A stretch of 64,000 nucleotides of DNA from Chitinophagales bacterium. GTDB lineage: Bacteria > Bacteroidota > Bacteroidia > Chitinophagales > UBA8649. Position numbers and translations under genes: made by a program. Where the stretch lies: positions 370,191-434,190 of the forward strand of contig JACJYS010000001.1 in NCBI GenBank assembly GCA_020635995.1, in the 5' to 3' direction. Below the pieces are notes generated by a model that worked only from the letters and a program-made list of their open reading frames with translations, made no database searches and was not told the DNA's origin. Every line of letters starts with the position of its first letter. Position 1 is the first letter of the stretch. Below are positions 36,619-45,527 of this stretch, one piece after another.

Positions 36619-38034
36619 TTATTTAATAGATAATACTGACAATAAGCTACGAGCTTCTATATTTACATTGTTACTATATTCCATAAATTTCAATAGTTGA
36701 TTTAGTGTCATCCACTTATAGTTAGTATGTTCCTCTATCTTAACATTTTCATCTATTTTCACTATCATGTTCCTATTCTGATTTTCAAAAAAACGACCAC
36801 CTTCTTCAGAAAGCATTACGTCATGCATAATATTTTCCTTTTTTGCGTTCAAAACTAAATCCAGATACTTTACTTCGTATTCATTTTCTCCTTTTCTAAA
36901 ATTTCCAGTTATACATTGAACCGTTGGTGCAAGCTCAACGATATCTAAATTTCCTATCTCCAGTTTTGCTTGTACTAAAAAATGTAGGATTCCATCAATT
37001 TCTTTACATATAAAAGCTACAATTCCTTCATTAATTGGCTTAATAATAGGTTGAGTCCAATTAGCAACTTCTCTATTTTCTATTTTAACATCAACAGCTA
37101 TAACTTCAAAATATTTATTGTTTTTATGATAAATGCTATTGTTTGAAATTATCCAATCCTTTACATCGTTTAAAGGAATCAAATTAACTTTTAAATCATA
37201 ATTGCTTTTTAACTCTGTTAGCCAAGAATGTATTTGGTTCAAAGTGTAAAGCGATTTTTCCTTATTAAGAATAGACAAAAAAACTTTTCTGTTAAAATCA
37301 TTTTTATCTTGAGTTACAACAATGTTAATCAATGAGCAAATATCGTTGTTAAAACTTCCATAATTCAATCCTGATATTACAGTTCTAGTATCCATATTAA
37401 CAAGGTTGTCATAAGTCAAAAGTTCCTTTATTTGGCTTAATGTAACCCACATAAAATCTTCAAACACTTCTATATCTTCATCAATTTTAAGTATGATATT
37501 CCTATTTCTCTTTCTATAAAAACGGGCACCTTGCTCTGATTGAAGTTGGTCAATAATAACTTCTCCTTTTCGCTCTTTGAAATAATTCAAATATGTTGGC
37601 TCTTTCCCTTTATGTACTTTTGTGAAATTACTCCTTGTGGCTTGTATTGTTGGAGAAAGTTGAACTTTATTTACATTCCCTGGTTCAATTTTAGCCTGAA
37701 TTAAAAAATGTAATACACCATTAAATTCCTTTGTCAAAAAACCCAAATAACCAATCTCTGGTTGGTTAATTATTGGTTGCGACCATGTCTTACAGTTTTC
37801 TTGTTTTATTTCAATGTTTACACCTTCTATGGTGAAAAATTTTCCTGAATTATGTTCAATATTTCCTGTTTGTTTACTAATGTACCAATTTTTGAGTTCA
37901 GAAAAATTTATTTGAGAAATATTTACTTTAACTTCTTCATTTCTTTCTTTAACCCACGCTATAATTTCTTCAGTTTTGTGTAAATAGGTATCACTAATGG
38001 CAGAATGTAATATGTCAATATTGTGTTTATTCAT
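36619..38034 (-). CDS. NDP-hexose 2,3-dehydratase (EvaA/TylX3-type)
   Basis: 471 aa with two homologous halves. First: 'GKFFTIEGVNIE..WSQPIINQPEIGYLGFLTKEFNGVLHFLIQAKIEPGN'. Second: 'NKYFEVIAVDVKI..WTQPIIKPINEGIVAFICKEIDGILHFLVQAKLEIGN'. This matches the duplicated-domain layout of the family. Confidence 0.75.
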   Translation of the reverse strand: MNKHNIDILHSAISDTYLHKTEEIIAWVKERNEEVKVNISQINFSELKNWYISKQTGNIEHNSGKFFTIEGVNIEIKQENCKTWSQPIINQPEIGYLGFLTKEFNGVLHFLIQAKIEPGNVNKVQLSPTIQATRSNFTKVHKGKEPTYLNYFKERKGEVIIDQLQSEQGARFYRKRNRNIILKIDEDIEVFEDFMWVTLSQIKELLTYDNLVNMDTRTVISGLNYGSFNNDICSLINIVVTQDKNDFNRKVFLSILNKEKSLYTLNQIHSWLTELKSNYDLKVNLIPLNDVKDWIISNNSIYHKNNKYFEVIAVDVKIENREVANWTQPIIKPINEGIVAFICKEIDGILHFLVQAKLEIGNLDIVELAPTVQCITGNFRKGENEYEVKYLDLVLNAKKENIMHDVMLSEEGGRFFENQNRNMIVKIDENVKIEEHTNYKWMTLNQLLKFMEYSNNVNIEARSLLSVLSIK

Positions 38035-39814
38035 TATGTTTCTTAGAAATTAGTTCTTTGTATGTAAATCTATTTACTATCTCACCATCTTTCATTTCTA
38101 ATATTAAATCACATTTCTTTAAAGTTGATATTCTGTGGGCTATCATTATTAAAGTTATGTTTTGAAAATCAATATTATAAATAGTATTCATAACATCCTC
38201 TTCTGTTTTATCATCTAAAGCACTAGTTGCTTCATCTAAAACTATAATTTTTGCATTATAATAAAGTGCTCTTGCTATAGCAATTCTTTGTTTTTGTCCT
38301 CCAGATATTTTTGCGCCAAACTCACCAATGTTAGTTTTCATACCCAATTCACTACTATTTACCAATTCATTCAACTTTACTTTTTTTATGATTTCACTTA
38401 CTTTACCATAATCAATTTCATTTTCTTTTTCACCAAATGCTATATTCTCTGCTATGGTTCCATCAAGCATAAAATAATCTTGTCTTACATATGAAATATT
38501 TTTTCTGTACAATATTATGTTTTTACTATTAACAAGTGTGCCATCTATTCTAATCTTTCCTTCTGTAGGCTCTAACAGCCCTAATATTATTTTGCTTAAT
38601 GTTGTTTTTCCAGAACCCGACTCTCCTATAAAGCCTATTTTAATGCCTTTGGGTATCTCTAAATCTATTTGTTTTAAAACTTTATTTCCTACCCCCTTAT
38701 TATAACTAAATGACAAATTAGACAACACAATACTTCTTTCAAAGGGTAAAGATTCAAGTTTTTTATATTTACTATTTTTTAGTGATTTTTCTATTTCTTT
38801 TGACGGGGGGAACAAGTGGTCAAATATATAGTTAGAGTTATTTATTACCATATTAGCTGAAATAATCTTATTTGTTGAGGGAAGCACTTTGTATGCTGCC
38901 GTTGAAAATAGAACAAGCAGACTTATAAAATTACCTTCCATAAAAAATATAGTGTAAAAAAACAATAAGGACAAAGAAAGAATTGCAATAAATTCAACTA
39001 TTTTAGTTGGTATTGTTTGAAATAATTTTAACAACAATATTTGGTGATAAAAATGCTTTAGATAGCCTATAACTTTCTCTACAAAATATTTTTTTTTTTC
39101 GTACATAACTACGTCTACATATCCATGTATACTTTCATAGAAACTTTTATATGTTAATGGTTGAACCTTGTTTTTTTTCTCACCTATCTCTTTTAGTTTG
39201 TTTTTAGTGCTTTTTGTTGTTATATATACAATAGGTACTATTGTTATTGACAAGAAAATTATTACTTTTAAATTCACAAAAAGTAAGGAAATTAATATAA
39301 ACAACAACACGAACAATTCATTGAAGATTATTGAATATGATTGTAATCTAGCGGTAACATAATCGTATGGAATAACGTAAACATCTCTAACAATGTGATT
39401 TGAATCTGTATTTAAAAAATAGGTGTATTTTTTATTTAATGCTTTTATATACTCATGTTCGGTAATCTGCACAGCTATTTTATTTAAAAATAAATTTTGA
39501 AAATAGGTTAATAAAACTACTAAAATATTCTTAATCAAAAACAAAATCACTAAAATAATAATTATAATGTTTGCTATCTTCTGAGGACTTTCCTTTGGAA
39601 AAAAACCTATTACTAATGCAAACCTATCCTCAGTCCCTAAATCATAATATTTGCTAAATATGTAAATCATCAAAATTATCATAAACAATCCAAACAACTC
39701 TAACATACCTATAGAAATAGAACATATAAAACTATAGATACTTAATTTTAAGTTTCTTCTATTTAATAGAGATAAAGTTTTGGACAAAGAGCTAAAAAAA
39801 GACAAATTAAGCAT
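38027..39814 (-). CDS. fused ABC exporter (TMD+NBD, MsbA/PglK-like)
   Basis: Six N-terminal helices. Walker A 'GESGSGKTT', signature 'ISGGQKQRIAIARAL', Walker B 'IIVLDEATSALD'. Confidence 0.85.
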   Translation of the reverse strand: MLNLSFFSSLSKTLSLLNRRNLKLSIYSFICSISIGMLELFGLFMIILMIYIFSKYYDLGTEDRFALVIGFFPKESPQKIANIIIIILVILFLIKNILVVLLTYFQNLFLNKIAVQITEHEYIKALNKKYTYFLNTDSNHIVRDVYVIPYDYVTARLQSYSIIFNELFVLLFILISLLFVNLKVIIFLSITIVPIVYITTKSTKNKLKEIGEKKNKVQPLTYKSFYESIHGYVDVVMYEKKKYFVEKVIGYLKHFYHQILLLKLFQTIPTKIVEFIAILSLSLLFFYTIFFMEGNFISLLVLFSTAAYKVLPSTNKIISANMVINNSNYIFDHLFPPSKEIEKSLKNSKYKKLESLPFERSIVLSNLSFSYNKGVGNKVLKQIDLEIPKGIKIGFIGESGSGKTTLSKIILGLLEPTEGKIRIDGTLVNSKNIILYRKNISYVRQDYFMLDGTIAENIAFGEKENEIDYGKVSEIIKKVKLNELVNSSELGMKTNIGEFGAKISGGQKQRIAIARALYYNAKIIVLDEATSALDDKTEEDVMNTIYNIDFQNITLIMIAHRISTLKKCDLILEMKDGEIVNRFTYKELISKKHNE

Positions 39815-39836
39815 TGAGGTAAATTTAACACCTTTG

Positions 39837-39869
39837 CAAAACTAAGTAAATAGTTTTTACGAAAACAAA
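39837..39869 (-). promoter_or_regulatory. candidate -33 (TTTG) / -7 (TAGTTTTG) promoter of the ABC-deoxysugar-glycosyltransferase operon
   Basis: Minus strand: TTTG at 39869-39866, a 21-nt spacer, then TAGTTTTG at 39844-39837. The -7 box ends 22 nt before the ATG at 39814. Confidence 0.45.
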
Positions 39870-39916
39870 AAACTACTTAAAATATGTGTTATATTTATGC
39901 TTTAGATTGTATTCCC

Positions 39917-42900
39917 ATGAAAAAATTTTTATCCTCCATAGTACTATTTTTTTGTAGCTCTTTACTTTTGTTTTCTCAAATCAAAGCCCTTTATCCATTA
40001 AATAATGCCGTTATAAATAAAAAAACTTCTGTTGTTTGGACTGAAACAAATCAAAACTCAATTATTGAAATACAACTTTCAAATAATGCGAATATGACAC
40101 CTATAACTTCTTCTTTAAGTGTTAGTGGCATTTATTCTTATGAATTCCTAAACTTAAACTTAGGGGACTATTATTGGCAAATAAGAACTACAAATGGGAC
40201 AGATACAAGTTGGACTGCTATCAGAAAATTTACAATTGTAAACATTGATACAATAAGTGGACTATTAACATGGTTTAAACCAGATTCTGGGTTTATTACC
40301 AACACAAACAATAAAATTTCTGAATGGAGAGGGATAAACAATGTTGCACGGCAAAATATTGAAGCATATAAACCAACACTTAATATTAATAGTTTAAATG
40401 GCTTTTCTTCAGTAGATTTTGATGGGCAAGACGACAATCTGCTTTTCAATAGAGTTTTAGGAATAAGAGATGCTTTTCTTGTTGTTCAGCATAAAACGGG
40501 CAATCAAAATTATACTCCAATTCTTGGAGATGATATTATACAACCAGAATATCATGGAGGCACAACAACAAGATTGTTTAATACAACTTATACAAATCCT
40601 AAAATTGTAAATGGTATTATTAGAGTTAATAGCAATACCGTTTCAGTTTCAACAGTAAATAAGCCAATAAATAAATCTATTGTTTCCATATTTGCGACAG
40701 ATAGCGTTCAAGCATCAACTATTGCTAAGGATAGATACTTTATTGATCGCTCTTGGAATGGATCTTACAATGAGATTATACTTTTTAGTAATAGCTTAGA
40801 CTCAACAAATAGATTTAATATTGAACATGTATTGAAATATAAGTACACACCTTATCCTTATCTTGGAAAAGATACTATAGTATGTGGCCCCAGTATAAAA
40901 ATTGGTTTTCGTAAAGACCATGCTTATTCTTCACGTATTTGGTCAACAGGAGAAACCAATGTTGATTCAATTACCATTACTCAAAACGGCACATACTGGG
41001 TTACGGTTAATAGTTTTGGAATAGTATTAAAAGACACCATCAACATTACAGGCATTGTTCCTCCCCCAACTATCTCTTTAACTAACGACCAAACCATTTG
41101 TTATGGAGATTCTATACAAGTAAATTATACTCCCGTAGCTGGTTTTAGTCCAACTTGGAGCACAGGAGCAACCACTAACCAAATAACCGTTAAAGATTCG
41201 TCTGTATTCGTTCAACTGACACATAGAGATGCCAACAATTGCTACGCTTCATCAGATATATTCTTTGTTAAAGTAGATTCTCTTTCTCTTTTATCTACTA
41301 TTGGCGATGACAGAAATATTTGTGATGGCGGGCAAATTTATGCCACTTCTACTGGAGAAGGTCCTTTCAATTATAGCTGGAGCACAGGAGACACTACATC
41401 TTTCACTATTCCGCCAACACTTGGAAGTCAAGATATTTCTATAGAAATGAGCAATTTTAATAACTGCTATTTTAGAGATACCATATCTGTAAACGCTTTA
41501 AATCTCCCTGCACCTAATGTGGCTTTTGAATATGATACTGCATGCCCTAACAAAATTAGCCAATTTACCGACCTTTCTACTCCCGGAGGAACAGATAATA
41601 TTATTGATTGGAATTGGAAATTTATAAATAACGATACCTCTGATGCCCAAAATCCAAGTTATATTTTTTCTGAAGGTACTTTTAGCGTTAGCTTAACAGT
41701 AGAAACCGACTCAGGGTGCGTGAACACTTTAATTAAACCTTATAAATCGCACCGACAACCGCATGCAACAATTAATAGCTTAATACCTTGTGCAGAAAGT
41801 TCTTCTATGCTGTCAAATAATTCTACTATAGCTATTCCGGATGTAATAAATAATTATAACTGGACTATCGGTACACAAAATTACGCTGGATCATCTCCAC
41901 AAGTTGCGTTTCCAACAGAGGGACTACAAGATGTTACCTTAATAGTTACTTCTAACCGCGGCTGCACCGACACCACCACCAAAACTATAGAAGTTTACCC
42001 TGCTCTGCTACCCGATTTTGAGATAGATAATGTTTGTATTGGCGATTCTACTACTTTTACAGATATAACTCCTTCGTATTCAACTATTTCACGCCTTTGG
42101 AATTTTGGCGGAGGACAGTTTTCTACCGACACTATGCCAACTATTTTATTTACTGATACCGGAACATATTCTGTTACACTTCAAGTTGAAAATGCTATAG
42201 GTTGTCAAAATTCTATTACTAAAACTGTTAAAATAAATTCTCTGCCTATTGCAAGTGCTACAATAGATAATATTTGCGAAAATAGCTTGAGTTTGTTTTA
42301 CAACACAAGCAATACCACAACAAATAACTTTGAATGGCTAATTAATAGTGTTCCATATACTTCAGATTCTGTTTTGCTAAGTTTTAATACGGCAGGAAAT
42401 TATCCTGTTTATCACAAAATTACCGATATAAATGGCTGTGAAGATGATACCTCTTTTAATTTTACTATAAGACCAAATCCTAATGTGAATTTTAATTTTA
42501 ATCCTACTTTTGGGCAAGCACCGCTATTGGTTAATTTTGAAAATGAAACCGATAGTGCTATTTTAAACACTTGGAATTTTGGAGAAAATAATCAGCAGTC
42601 TAATGATGTAAACCCGAGCTACACATATACAGAAAACGGAGTTTATAATGTTACTTTAATAGCCGAAAACCAATATGGCTGTAGAGACAGTATGCTTAAA
42701 ATTATAAATGTTTCTCCTACAGAATTAGATGTAGAATTAAGCAATTTAGATTATCAAATAATAACTTTAGCCAATGGTGATATGGCTTATATTCCTCAAC
42801 TTACCCTTTCAAATGTAGGTACAAGAACCATATACAATATAGATATTTATGTGTCTATTGATGAAGAAAAAAACATTTCTGAGCATTGGCAAGGCACTTT

Positions 42901-43315
42901 AAATGTGGGGGAAAGTATGCAGTATATATTTCAATCTTATTTTATTATTCCTGACGAAGCTAACATAAATTATATGTGTGCCGAAGCTAAAAACACCAAT
43001 GATGATACGGAAGATTTGCTCAGCAATAATAAATCTTGCATAATTTTAAATGGAAAACTTAAAACTTCTAAAATATATCCTAATCCTACAAACAACAATG
43101 CAAATATTGACATAATTAGCAAAAATAAAGGAAATATTAATGTAGGTGTTTATGATATGGCAGGCAAAAAAGTTTATACTGCCGAAAACATAGCTATTCA
43201 AAAAGGGTATAACCAATTGGTAATAGATTGTGTACATTTGCAAATAGGTAAATACATTGTAAACATTACACACCAAGGCGAAATTTATCAATTAACGTTT
43301 TGGGTTAATCATTAA
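39917..43315 (+). CDS. T9SS-secreted multidomain surface protein (LamG-like, SWSTG-motif Ig-like repeats, several PKD domains, C-terminal sorting domain)
   Basis: Signal peptide MKKFLSSIVLFFCSSLLLFSQ. 'VDFDGQDDNL' LamG-like region. Repeated 'WSTGETT/WSTGATT/WSTGDTT'. PKD units ('W.W.F..', 'NPSY.F..G.Y.V.L'). T9SS CTD 'KIYPNPTNNNANIDI...GKYIVNITHQGEIYQLTFWVNH'. Confidence 0.8.
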   Translation: MKKFLSSIVLFFCSSLLLFSQIKALYPLNNAVINKKTSVVWTETNQNSIIEIQLSNNANMTPITSSLSVSGIYSYEFLNLNLGDYYWQIRTTNGTDTSWTAIRKFTIVNIDTISGLLTWFKPDSGFITNTNNKISEWRGINNVARQNIEAYKPTLNINSLNGFSSVDFDGQDDNLLFNRVLGIRDAFLVVQHKTGNQNYTPILGDDIIQPEYHGGTTTRLFNTTYTNPKIVNGIIRVNSNTVSVSTVNKPINKSIVSIFATDSVQASTIAKDRYFIDRSWNGSYNEIILFSNSLDSTNRFNIEHVLKYKYTPYPYLGKDTIVCGPSIKIGFRKDHAYSSRIWSTGETNVDSITITQNGTYWVTVNSFGIVLKDTINITGIVPPPTISLTNDQTICYGDSIQVNYTPVAGFSPTWSTGATTNQITVKDSSVFVQLTHRDANNCYASSDIFFVKVDSLSLLSTIGDDRNICDGGQIYATSTGEGPFNYSWSTGDTTSFTIPPTLGSQDISIEMSNFNNCYFRDTISVNALNLPAPNVAFEYDTACPNKISQFTDLSTPGGTDNIIDWNWKFINNDTSDAQNPSYIFSEGTFSVSLTVETDSGCVNTLIKPYKSHRQPHATINSLIPCAESSSMLSNNSTIAIPDVINNYNWTIGTQNYAGSSPQVAFPTEGLQDVTLIVTSNRGCTDTTTKTIEVYPALLPDFEIDNVCIGDSTTFTDITPSYSTISRLWNFGGGQFSTDTMPTILFTDTGTYSVTLQVENAIGCQNSITKTVKINSLPIASATIDNICENSLSLFYNTSNTTTNNFEWLINSVPYTSDSVLLSFNTAGNYPVYHKITDINGCEDDTSFNFTIRPNPNVNFNFNPTFGQAPLLVNFENETDSAILNTWNFGENNQQSNDVNPSYTYTENGVYNVTLIAENQYGCRDSMLKIINVSPTELDVELSNLDYQIITLANGDMAYIPQLTLSNVGTRTIYNIDIYVSIDEEKNISEHWQGTLNVGESMQYIFQSYFIIPDEANINYMCAEAKNTNDDTEDLLSNNKSCIILNGKLKTSKIYPNPTNNNANIDIISKNKGNINVGVYDMAGKKVYTAENIAIQKGYNQLVIDCVHLQIGKYIVNITHQGEIYQLTFWVNH

Positions 43316-43317
43316 AA

Positions 43318-43914
43318 ATGCAAAAAACACCAATAGCAATATTTGTTTCTGGAAGAGGTAGCAATGCCAAAGCCATAATTGAACAGCAAAATAATCTCGG
43401 GTTTCAAGTGGACTTATTGGTGGTTTCCTCTGCTAAAGCTAAAGCAATAGATATAGCTATTGAAAATCATATAGATTATATTGTTTTAGATAAAGAACAA
43501 TTTTTAAACACTAACGCTATTGTAAATACGCTTACTCAATACAATATTGAACTAATAATTTTAGCCGGTTTTTTATGGAAAATACCGTCCTATTTAATTA
43601 ATGCTTTTCCAGAAAAAATTTTAAACATCCATCCTTCTTTATTGCCAAAATATGGAGGTAAAGGAATGTACGGCATGCATATACACAAGGCTGTTTATCA
43701 AAATAAAGAAAAGGAAACAGGCATCACTATTCATTTGGTAAATGAACACTATGACGATGGAAAAATTTTATTTCAAAAAGCAGTGGAAATAAATAAAGAA
43801 GATACTCCTGAAACCATTGCAGAAAAAGTTTTAAAATTAGAACACAAATCATTTGCTCCAACAATTGAGAAATACTTAAAAACAAAAATGCGAATTGTAG
43901 CTCAAAACCTTTGA
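43318..43914 (+). CDS. purN: phosphoribosylglycinamide formyltransferase
   Basis: 'IAIFVSGRGSN', 'ILNIHPSLLPKYGG' and 'TGITIHLVNEHYDDG'. Confidence 0.9.
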   Translation: MQKTPIAIFVSGRGSNAKAIIEQQNNLGFQVDLLVVSSAKAKAIDIAIENHIDYIVLDKEQFLNTNAIVNTLTQYNIELIILAGFLWKIPSYLINAFPEKILNIHPSLLPKYGGKGMYGMHIHKAVYQNKEKETGITIHLVNEHYDDGKILFQKAVEINKEDTPETIAEKVLKLEHKSFAPTIEKYLKTKMRIVAQNL

Positions 43915-43940
43915 TAAATGTAAGGTAAACAATACCTTTG
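43910..43940 (+). promoter_or_regulatory. candidate -33 (TTTG) / -7 (TACCTTTG) promoter of purH
   Basis: TTTG at 43910-43913, a 19-nt spacer, then TACCTTTG at 43933-43940. The -7 box ends 23 nt before the GTG start at 43964. Confidence 0.45.
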
Positions 43941-43963
43941 CACTTCATTTAATATTTTTTTCA

Positions 43964-45481
43964 GTGAAATTTATAAAATCTGCTTTAATTTCTGTATTCT
44001 ACAAAGATGGATTAGAGAAAATAGCCCAAGAATTAAAGAAAAACAATGTAAGAATTTATAGTACAGGAGGTACTCAAAAATTTTTAGAAGAGCAGGGTTG
44101 TCATGTTATTCCTGTTGAAGAATTAACCAACTATCCTTCTATTTTGGGTGGCAGAGTTAAAACATTGCATCCTAAAGTTTTTGGTGGTATTTTGGCAAGA
44201 AGAGAAAATGAAAGCGATTTAGCCCAAATAGAAGAATACAAAATTCCTGAAATAGATTTAGTAATAGTTAATTTATATCCTTTTGAAGAAACCGTAGCTA
44301 ACACTACGGAAGAACAAGAAATAATTGAAAAAATAGATATTGGCGGTATTTCTTTAATTAGAGCTGCTGCTAAAAACTACAAAGACACTTGCGTGCTTTC
44401 TTCAAAAGAGCAGTATAATGAGTTTTATAATTTATATACTCAGCAAAGTGGCGCTTTAACCATAAACCAAAGAAGAAATTTTGCGACTAAAACTTTTGCC
44501 GTTTCCTCTGCTTATGATGCCGCTATATTTAATTATTTTAATGAAAAAGAAAATATTACAGCTTTTAATCAAGCATTTTCTCAAGCACAAACACTTAGAT
44601 ATGGCGAAAACCCACATCAATCAGCAGAATTTTATGGAAATTTAGAAAACTACTTTGACAAACTAAATGGCAAAGAACTTTCTTTCAATAACTTAGTTGA
44701 TATTGATGCGGCAGTTAATGTAATTTCAGAATTTGAAAAACCTACTTTTGCTATTATAAAACACACCAATACCTGTGGCTTAGCTTCTGCTACTAATAAT
44801 TTAGAGGCCTACAAATTAGCTTTAGCTTGCGATAATGTATCGGCATTTGGAGGCATTTTAGCAACAAACAAAAAAATAGAAAAAGATTTAGCCGAAGAAA
44901 TAAACAAATTGTTTTGCGAAGTAGTTATTGCCCCGGATTTTTCTGCTGAAGCTATAGAAATACTTTCAAGCAAAAAAAATAGAATAATTTTAAAACAAAA
45001 AATATTTAATAAACCCAAAAAACAATTCAAATCTATATTAAATGGAGTTTTAGCACAAGACTACGACCAAAGTTTTGAGCTTAGAAACGAGTTTAAGCCT
45101 GTAACACACAATAAATGTAACGAACAGGAGTTAACTGATTTAGAATTTGCCATTAAAGCTGTAAAACATTTGAAATCAAACGGAATAGCAATAGTTAAAA
45201 ACGAACAATTAATAGGTATGGGTTGCGGACAAACATCAAGAGTAGATGCCTTAAACCAAGCTATTAATAAAGCTCGTGCTTTTAATTTTAGCGTAGAAGG
45301 AGCTGTAATGGCTTCCGATGCTTTTTTCCCTTTTCCAGATTGTGTAAACATAGCCGCCACAGCAGGTATAACCAGTGTAGCTCAGCCTGGCGGTTCTATT
45401 AAAGACCAAGACTCTATAGATGCTTGCAATGCAAACAACATGAGTATGGTTTTTACAGGAAATAGACATTTTAAGCATTAA
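43964..45481 (+). CDS. purH: bifunctional AICAR formyltransferase / IMP cyclohydrolase
   Basis: GTG start. 'ALISVFYKDGL', 'GGRVKTLHPKVFGGIL', 'IKHTNTCG' and C-terminal 'QPGGSIKDQDSI...TGNRHFKH'. Confidence 0.95.
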   Translation: MKFIKSALISVFYKDGLEKIAQELKKNNVRIYSTGGTQKFLEEQGCHVIPVEELTNYPSILGGRVKTLHPKVFGGILARRENESDLAQIEEYKIPEIDLVIVNLYPFEETVANTTEEQEIIEKIDIGGISLIRAAAKNYKDTCVLSSKEQYNEFYNLYTQQSGALTINQRRNFATKTFAVSSAYDAAIFNYFNEKENITAFNQAFSQAQTLRYGENPHQSAEFYGNLENYFDKLNGKELSFNNLVDIDAAVNVISEFEKPTFAIIKHTNTCGLASATNNLEAYKLALACDNVSAFGGILATNKKIEKDLAEEINKLFCEVVIAPDFSAEAIEILSSKKNRIILKQKIFNKPKKQFKSILNGVLAQDYDQSFELRNEFKPVTHNKCNEQELTDLEFAIKAVKHLKSNGIAIVKNEQLIGMGCGQTSRVDALNQAINKARAFNFSVEGAVMASDAFFPFPDCVNIAATAGITSVAQPGGSIKDQDSIDACNANNMSMVFTGNRHFKH

Positions 45482-45486
45482 ATTTG
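45479..45486 (+). promoter_or_regulatory. candidate -7 box (TAAATTTG) upstream of mreB
   Basis: TAnnTTTG overlapping the purH stop codon, 41 nt before the mreB ATG. Confidence 0.3.
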
Positions 45487-45527
45487 ATATAGAGAATGAT
45501 GATTATTGACATAGAAGAAACCAAAAT

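Noticed and set aside
17909-39814. Considered calling the AT-rich glycan core a genomic island or mobile element
   Set aside because: No integrase, transposase, tRNA attachment site or flanking direct repeats are visible. Low GC alone is typical of polysaccharide loci.
43922-43938. Hairpin AAGGTA-AACAA-TACCTT after purN as a possible terminator
   Set aside because: The stem is only 6 bp and AT-rich, with no following U-tract of note. It overlaps the predicted purH -7 box and is more likely coincidental.
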